Of a stretch of 64,000 nucleotides of DNA, positions 56,301 to 64,000 are shown piece by piece. The stretch comes from Eledone cirrhosa (Eukaryota). Every line of letters starts with the position of its first letter. Position 1 is the first letter of the stretch. The position numbers were made by a program, and so were the translations under genes. The stretch lies in the NCBI GenBank assembly GCA_964016885.1, contig OZ024750.1, forward strand, positions 13,082,001 through 13,146,000. Direction: 5' to 3'. The notes below the pieces were generated by a model that was given only the letters and a program-made list of their open reading frames with translations, did not search any database and was not told where the DNA came from.

Positions 56301-57412
56301 TATTTCAGTAGTTTTAACTTTTGTTTCTTCATCTGATGAGATATCAAAGAATTCTTCTTCAGAAAGTACTTCGTCAGCTGTACTCACAATACTTACAGCT
56401 GGAGCACTTATTATTGTCATTTCAGAAATTTCTTTCACATCTTTCTGTACAGGAATGACTTCACTTTCCTTGCTGATTTCAACAACTCTATCACTTACAA
56501 TTTCTTCAGGTGTTTCCTCAGTTGTAGACATTTTGGTAGAACTCACAGAAATCTGAATACTACTCTCTTCAACTGGTTTAACACTCACTGTATCTTTAAA
56601 TGGTTCTTCCAATGTCTCTACAGTACTTTCTTTTTCTACTTCTTCACCTGTTGTAAATGTTTGTTCAGTTTTTATAACTATAGGTGTCTGGTCTTCAGAT
56701 GTGATTTTCTTAGAATCAATTGATACAACCATTTCAACAGGAATATCACTGATTTTCTCTGGAGAAATATCTGTCTTACTTTGTTCAGTACTGGTACTTA
56801 TAACTGAAATAACTGTAACAGATTCAACCTTATCTGGTATAACTGATTCAGATATATCTGTAGGTTGAATTTCAGTAACAACTTTTACTTCTTCTTCTTC
56901 TGGTTGTTTTACCTTTATTTCAGCGGTAGAAATTGTTGTAATATCAGTAACTTCTGGTTTCTTCTCTTTAATTTCCAGTTCTTTACCTTCAATATGAACT
57001 GTACTTTCAGGTACAATGTCAAAGGTAGACATTTCTGGTGTAATTGTTGTTTCTTCTTTACTGATAATGATTTCACTTTTAGCAACAGTTACCTGTTCTG
57101 TTTCTGTAGAAATAATATGTGGCACTTTAGCTGTAACTTGTATTTCAATTTGGTCCTTGTGAGGAACATAGATTTCATTTGGCGTTACTATTTCTGTTTC
57201 AATATATTGTTGTTCTGTAGTTTCTTGGAGTACTTTTGTTTCATAAGTTACTGTTTCCACTACATCTGATGTTACTTTTATATCCATATTAATGCCTTTT
57301 GTTATTTCGAATGAGGGTGAAACCTCTTCTATTACCATTTCTGTTATTTCTCTCTTTGTTTCATCATCTTCTTTGTCTCTCTTTCTTATTTCTCTATCGA
57401 CTGGCAAATCAC
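50348..57412 (-). CDS. Giant exon D (7065 nt, 2355 codons, phase 1-1) with ~5.5 repeat copies
   Basis: ORF 50337..57407; tttatatcAG|GTGATTTG; GTCATAG|GTATTT; length divisible by 3; a stop follows within a few codons if the donor is not used. Confidence 0.85.
50530..57140. repeat. Coding tandem array, ~1206-bp unit (exon D)
   Basis: Shadow ORF starts at 51466, 52672, 53872, 55078, 56281. Confidence 0.95.
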
Positions 57413-59075
57413 CTGATATAAATCAAATAATTTTTAATAATGCATTCTCACTTAATAATCATTATTTTGTCTCCATAATTACGTATACTGTGCTGAATGA
57501 AAATAAATGAAATAATTATTTTACATTATAGAATTGAAATATCATAAAATACATTTTCTTGTCACAATGTTCCTTGTAAACAATAAATTGGTTGCTCCTA
57601 AGTTTGTATTGGTTGTTGAATTTGAATGAAGTTTTGTAGTTTGTATGTACATTCCTCTGTCTCATATATGTTGTGGTATAACACATGCTGATTTAAATGC
57701 TATAATGTTTTGTTTCAGTAACCAGAAACCATTGATATGTCTTCCAATCACTGATATTGTGAATGGCTATTATTCCTTTTTAAAATTTAGTAATACTAAA
57801 CATTATTTTGTCTATAATAAAGATGGATCATATTGGTGGATGTTTGTTTTATACTGTGAAATTCACATATTATACATTATGATTCTCTAAATTAGAGTAA
57901 TTTAATGCATTGATTAAAATCTATATTGGAAAGTTGTTGGAAGGTAGGCAGCTGAATTAATTTCAGGAGCTGGTACAGTAATGCCGTAGCTTCAGAATTT
58001 GGTCATCAGAAGAAGGGAGGTAGCTGTAATAGCCAAACTCACTATATTCAATTCAGTGTTTATGCCTAACATTAGCCATAGTCATGATTCACTACTCCTT
58101 TGAATTGAAAGCTCACAGTTACAGTACTACAGACGTGGTCAGATTGCTGGACAGATTTTATGGGCAAAACAAACTAGCAGGAAATCCAGGGGTAGACCAT
58201 GACCAAGATGTTTGGATAACACCCATGAGCTCACTAGGGGATCCAGCTAGATGAATTGGAAACAGTTACTTCTGACGGGATCTGCTGATTGACCCTACAT
58301 GTCAATCAAATTAGGATCCCACCTCCACATAGTTTAGAAAGAACTGAAAGAAAAAGATTTTTCAGTTATCCTCTCACCCTCAATAACTATATATAATTTG
58401 AAGTATGAAAAGAAAAACGGTAAAATTTAGTGCTTTGTTCATTGTTTTATGACCACTTTAAAAGCTGGAATGAACCATGATAATATCGATAGCAGTTAAG
58501 GAAGTAAATTTTAGGACACTAAATTCGGATGCTAAATGGTCATACTGGTAAAACTACTGAATGTTTTTAAATGCATTTTCCACCTTCAAAAGTTTTTAAA
58601 TACCTGAGTATAATTGCCGACGTCCTATTTTGTTTTTAATATAAGCAGTAAGAGTTATACTAAATATCTGTTTTGTTTTCTGTTTTTTAATAAGATTAAA
58701 TATTCCGCAACTCCCAGAAATATTCTTGTATAGTTTCTTCAAAGAATGTAGAAACTGATCAATAAATATTTCATAAATAATACACAGGAATGTGATGATG
58801 TATCTGAAAATAAGATAGTTTCATTTGAAATGAAAATGAAATAAAAATACGAATTTGAAATATTCTTGAAAATAGAAATTATAAAATTACATACCTGGAA
58901 TGTAGAAAAAGCCATAATTTTGGCAAAACATTGAAATTCTGTTTTAATACATACTTCCTCAGTTGAATATTTATATTATTGTGTATGGATATCATAACAG
59001 ATAAACTGTAGTATAGTAAATTATGTACATACATTTTGGTATTTGATAACAGGAATTCCATAAATGAAAATGATA

Positions 59076-59120
59076 TCTTACCTGAAATATACAAAAAGAA
59101 AAAAAAAACGTGAAAGATAC
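59076..59120 (-). promoter_or_regulatory. Candidate recursive splice site upstream of exon D (junction 59082/59081)
   Basis: Minus strand ctttcacg(T)n-ctttttgtatatttCAG|GTAAGAtatc. Confidence 0.7.
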
Positions 59121-61149
59121 ACATTTGCAAAAGGAAATTATCTTCATAGATAACAAAATATTCAATGTTACAAAAGTATAAATTATAAGAATAAAAATAT
59201 ATTTTAAATATATTAAAATATATATCACAACAGGAAAGGATTAAAAATTAAATGAAATAGCTTATTTGTTGTCATGGTATGAACTAAGAAAATATTTATA
59301 GAACAATAGAGATTAAATGTTCTACAATCAAATGTGACATGAACAATTTACTAAAATATTGGGTGACTTATGTATATAATACTGCAAATTGTATTTCTGG
59401 TTTCAACTATTATAGATTCACAAACTATATAAATTTGGTTGTTGAGTTGTATTAGATAGAATATCATTTAAATACAAACTTTTATGGAATCGAGCTTGAA
59501 ATTTTGATAATCAAAGCTGCTATAATCTATTTAATTATTTTCTTATATCTTTAAACGTATGAAGGTGTACATTTATTGTCAAGTCTGATCAGAGAATGTC
59601 TTCTCAGAATAACATATGAACATAAGAAAAGCACTACAAACTAAAAATGCAGTGTAGAATTATTGATAATTCTCTACTGTAACAAACAATTTCACACTTT
59701 TTAATATTCCAAAATTATTTCTAAACATTGCAATTACCTCATGAAAGCATAAGTTGAGTCATTCAAATAACACACACAAAAACATTAATGGCTAAAATTA
59801 CTCTTCTATGATGTAATTGCATTAGTTTCATTTGCCAGAAAAGTACAACTTAAATATTTCTAAACATTATTTGTTATAAACATATTCTTTGTTATTTAGA
59901 AGAAGATGTAGGAAGCTGAAACGCAGAAAATACCTGTAATTACAGTTAGTTACTATAAAGTAGCTGATAATAATTGGGTAAAGATGCCTAGAGAGGGGAA
60001 AATGTTGCTTGCCAGTGGATAACAGAACTGGAGTTCTGTGTCTTTCATTTGTATTTGTTTTTCGTTTTGCCTTGTTTTCGTTCATTGTCTTGACCCCTCT
60101 TTTAATTTTCCTGAGTTTATATATATATATATATATACATTTTTCAATAATCCTATTATTTATTGTGTCATTTCAATAATCCTATTATTTATTGTGTCAT
60201 TTTGGAACTACTAGAGACTTTCTCTTCATATATCTTTTAATGTGAAGAGTTTTCTTATTGCGTTCACCAGACTATAAGGCAGACTTGACCTTAGCATTGC
60301 TACATACAGCAGAACTGTACACCTCTTAAAAACATGTATTTAATGCATGGTAAAGCAAGAGTACTGCAGGGGACATAGTACTGTAATATTATTGAAATAA
60401 ATAGCTAGTTTCATGGAATTATGTTACCAAAATAATTTGCTTGGAAAACTATAAAGATTTATTCTAATTTATGAAATTAATTTTGCTCTAGGTATTTTTT
60501 ATAATTGTTTATAAATATCCTTTGTTAAAATGTTGAACTCTATTACAGAATATTTAATATTTTACAGATTCTATTATTAAATATTTTCCTTCATATTTAA
60601 ATCTTGTAAACGGCAACTTTGATGCCCTTTCCAATGATGCAGATGTAACAGAGGTACAAACAAAAGATTGCACAATAGACTTGCTAACAATACACAATGA
60701 CAAAACAACAACGACAACAACAACAATGACCAATTAAATACTACAATACCACATTTCTATGGATTAAAACTTCAAAAAAAAATCTGTGAAAATATTTTAT
60801 ATGTATAGTTAATGCTTTGCTTTAGAATTAAGATAAATTAATTTCTAAACATGCAAATTAATATATTATTGAGCGAGTTAATAATTTATTAAACAAATAA
60901 TATTGTATTTATTAAATATTTTATAAGTAACTTCAATACTAAAAGAGATAAATTATTTTTTAACTACTTTTCTTGTTTCTTACAAAGTTAAACTTTTTTA
61001 CAGTTTAGACAGGAAGGGGGGGTGCTAACAAGGCTGGTCAGAAGGAGGCAGATCTGGTCTGGGTGCTTGCAACATAATAGATTCCATTAAAAACACCCAA
61101 GGATCAGGTGATAGTTTTAAACCTGCTGATATATTAAGTCTACCATCTG

Positions 61150-61270
61150 ATGAGGTTGGTGCTAGGAAGGGCATCCAGCTGTAGAAATCAAGCCAGAATC
61201 AGTTCCCATCCCACCCTTGCAAGCAGGGAAAAGTGGTCGTAAAATGAAATGATGAAAATGATGATGAAAT
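61150..61270 (+). mobile_element. SINE 3' fragment, same family as 28410-28750
   Basis: aggaagggcatccagctgtagaaatcaa...cacccttgcaagcagggaaaagtgg is the reverse complement of 28440-28520. Confidence 0.75.
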
Positions 61271-61484
61271 GATCTAAGTACACGACAGTGGGAAAATGAA
61301 CTCAAAACCCAAAGAGCTAGAATATATACCATTAAGACATCTAGTCAAACACTATAACAATTTCACCAATTTACCATTCTGTATTGGTACTTTATTTATG
61401 GACACTAAATCTGTATTACTATGTCTATATGAGTAAGAAAATATCTTTTCTACTGTAATATAAACTAGTATTATTATTATTAAG

Positions 61485-61700
61485 ATTGGCAGTATCGGTA
61501 GAGCGTTGAACACTATGCTTTGTAGCATAGAATTACTGCCCTTTACAGTCTGAGTTCAAATCCCGTCGTGGTTAGCTTTGCCTTTCATCCTTATGAGGTC
61601 ATAAAATAAAGCACCAGTAATGCACTGGGGTCGATTTAATCAATTTTCCCCTCCCTTCAAATTGCTGGCCTTGTGCCTATAGTAGAAATCATTATTATTA
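61485..61700 (+). mobile_element. tRNA-derived SINE
   Basis: A box TGGCAGTATCGG, B box GAGTTCAAATCC, (ATT)n tail. Confidence 0.85.
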
Positions 61701-61989
61701 TCATTGTCATTAACAGAATGTTGTAGTTTGCTTGAAGTATTGTGTATGATATATAATGTAGAAAATGATGTTTAATAAAGCTAAAACAATGTGAAATGGA
61801 TGGTAAAATGAAGGCTAATTCAATACTTCTTTGGTGATGCTGACTTCTCAGATAGAATGGGAAGCTTTAGTTTTCTTACATATATTTCTGATGCTTTAAA
61901 GAGGGTTAGGGCTATCAGGATAATCAACACAACTGAAATGTCCTTCCAGATATCAAATGATGATTATGATGATTATGATATATATATAT

Positions 61990-61992
<3 letters not shown>

Positions 61993-62037
<45 letters not shown>
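61993..62037. repeat. (GA)n microsatellite
   Basis: Direct inspection. Confidence 0.95.
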
Positions 62038-62038
<1 letters not shown>

Positions 62039-62927
62039 GTTCATTATCATCTGAGAGAAAGGTAGAGTATAAGATAAATTGAATGCAGCATGCAAGAGAG
62101 ACGATTGCATTGGTATGGGCATGTGATGTGTAAGAAGAGTGAGTGTTATATATATAAAAGTGCCAAGCAGTTAAAGCAGATGAAACCCATGGAGGAATAC
62201 GACTAAGAAAGACATAGGAAGAAGTTGTGTTGAATGTTCTCAAAAAACTGAAGCTCAAAATAGAGATGTCATTGAAGTGGGCTCTCTGCTAAAATAAACA
62301 GTCACCAGCATTGTGACACTAAACGTAAATGTGTGGAGAAACTGAAAGCTACAGTGTTTTGGTGATTAAAAAGACATTAGAGGGTCTAAGTGGATTCTTC
62401 AGTTTGGATGCTCATGTGACAACTTTCTAGTACTGGTGCCACAATAACACACACTGAGTCCTCTCCTATAAAGGATGATACAGCTTGGTACCAGTGGCAT
62501 CACAAATCAATGTGAATTAAAATGTCTTGCTTGAGGACACAACACACCACCCAGTCTTAGAATCGAAATTGCAACCTCACTGTGTGTGTGTGTGTGTATT
62601 TATATATATATATATAGTTACTAATTACTGTGTTGCTTATATGTAAGAGTTGCATTGTGACATCATTGATAAACAGGTGTAAGCAGGTAAGAGCACTCTA
62701 CATCAGTCATATCTATCCAGAAAGATCTGCAAAGGCCTGTACAGGGAGTATAACATGTTTCTTATGTTAGTGACTACATCTGTACTGGCCTTCAGGTACC
62801 TTTATTTGATATAGATTCATTGATTAATCTTCTGGTGAGATACAGACCTCAGACCTCTTTAAATACACACTTGGCGTAAAATATAAGTATTCTTCTTTAT
62901 GCTGTTATTATTATTATTGGCATAGCA

Positions 62928-63150
62928 GGGATTAGCAGTATCGGTAGAGCGTCAGACACCATGCTTTGCAGCATAGAGTTACGGCCCTTTACAGTGTGAG
63001 TTCAAATCCTGCCGAGGTTAGCTTTGTCTTTCATCCTTACGAGGTCGATAAATAAAGTACCAGTAATGTACTCTGTCTGGTTGATTTAATCGACTTTCCC
63101 CTCCCAACAAAAAAATTGCTGGCCTTGTGCCTATATTATTATTATTATTT
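62928..63150 (+). mobile_element. tRNA-derived SINE, same family as 61485
   Basis: TAGCAGTATCGGTAGAGCG...GAGTTCAAATCC...aattgctggccttgtgcc(tat)n. Confidence 0.85.
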
Positions 63151-63335
63151 TTACTATTACATTAAAGTACCAGTAATGTACTGAGTAATTGCTGGCCTTT
63201 TATGCCAAAAGTAGAAACAATTATTATTATTATATTTTGTCTATCCTAGTCATGTATTTTTATGAGATGTGTTGAAACAACTGTAAAGAATTAAATGATT
63301 TAAGAACTTTCATCTGTCATTTTAATTTGTTTTAT

Positions 63336-63339
<4 letters not shown>

Positions 63340-63406
<67 letters not shown>
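63340..63406. repeat. (GT)n microsatellite
   Basis: Direct inspection. Confidence 0.95.
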
Positions 63407-63409
<3 letters not shown>

Positions 63410-63479
63410 CACACACATACCACATATATATCCAACTCTCTAACCAGTAAGCCGTTATTGTTACATATTCTATTGACTC

Positions 63480-63722
63480 TGGAGGAATGAGACTAGATGT
63501 TAATACCTGCAGTATTTCAACATATAATGCAAATGGATGAGACTAAATGCTATGAAATGTTTAGTTTGGACAGAGGTGGTGAGAGCTGATCTCAGATTGC
63601 TGAAGCTCATAGAGGAAATGGTGAGGGACCGTGACGAATGGAGAGATGTTGTGCTGAAGAGGACCGGTTCCACCCTTGCAAGTAGGGAAAAGCAGACATA
63701 AAATGATGATGATGATGATGAT
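63480..63722 (+). mobile_element. RTE-like LINE 3' end with (GAT)n tail
   Basis: WTEVVRADLRLLKLIEEMVRDRDEWRDVV resembles an RTE C-terminus, followed by cacccttgcaag...(gat)n. Confidence 0.65.
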
Positions 63723-64000
63723 TTATCAACTAATAGCATGAAAGTAACACAGGCAATTCTGTATCAGATTTAGATGCCAAATGCCTGAGGATTACTACAT
63801 GTAGTTTAATGCCGGAAAATGTCAAGCCCTCTACTATCAAACCATAAACAGAAGGCCACTACAATGAGGCTGCAATGGACCAGTAGGAATCAAAATCCTT
63901 GAGTCTAAATCTATACAGGACCTGGATATTGACATGGGCAATAATGTACTGTTTCATGCACACTTCACCAAAATGGTGGCAATGTGCAGATGACGAAGGT

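Noticed and set aside
8674-57269. Dozens of recurring 60-160 aa ORFs on the plus strand or in alternative frames (MSFLSTG..., MNFSNNF..., MKRHKLIL...)
   Set aside because: Shadows of the 1206-bp coding repeat; they recur only because the repeat recurs and have no independent gene signals.
8357-57407. Four separate single-exon genes, as the ORF track implies
   Set aside because: Two ORF starts are TTG and all lie just inside conserved splice acceptors; conserved donors precede the stops and phases match the downstream Ig exons, so these are exons of one gene.
384-57412. Specific gene symbol (TTN, sls, unc-89, Strn-Mlck)
   Set aside because: Two Ig domains, an IQ motif and a novel repeat are insufficient to assign orthology without a database search.
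58879-59130. 83-aa ORF spanning the RS-D module as a coding exon
   Set aside because: The homologous copy at 46035 has an in-frame TAA and the copies differ by frame-breaking indels; conservation is concentrated at splice-like motifs.
59925-59955. Extra AG|GT site (actaactgtaattacAG|GTATTT); similar ones at ~63505, ~8190 and ~19513
   Set aside because: Poor pyrimidine tracts and weak donors, not conserved across all cassettes; expected by chance in AT-rich DNA.
61485-63150. tRNA genes
   Set aside because: A/B boxes are followed by a shared SINE body and simple-repeat tail; no intact cloverleaf is evident.

Overview
AT-rich eukaryotic genomic DNA. The tRNA-derived SINEs, RTE-like LINE remnants and long (AT)n tracts resemble coleoid cephalopod (Octopus-like) DNA; this taxon call is an inference. 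The whole window lies inside one minus-strand gene for a giant titin/connectin-like muscle protein, and neither its start nor its stop is visible. At the low-coordinate (3') end are eight small phase-compatible exons encoding two I-set Ig domains and an IQ motif. Upstream are four giant symmetric phase-1 exons of 7065, 14109, 5385 and 4257 nt (10,272 codons in total), built from a 1206-bp/402-aa acidic E/T/V/I/S/K-rich repeat. The most striking feature is non-coding. Each giant exon sits in a four-times-duplicated splicing cassette: (i) a candidate recursive splice site (U-tract-CAG|GTAAGA, a zero-length exon) 1.5-3.3 kb upstream, followed by a frame-breaking cryptic exon and in three copies a second CAG|GTATGT site, and (ii) a conserved downstream intronic block with UGCU clusters and UGCAUG motifs. 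This suggests a modular recursive-splicing system that could tune the length of a giant protein segment.
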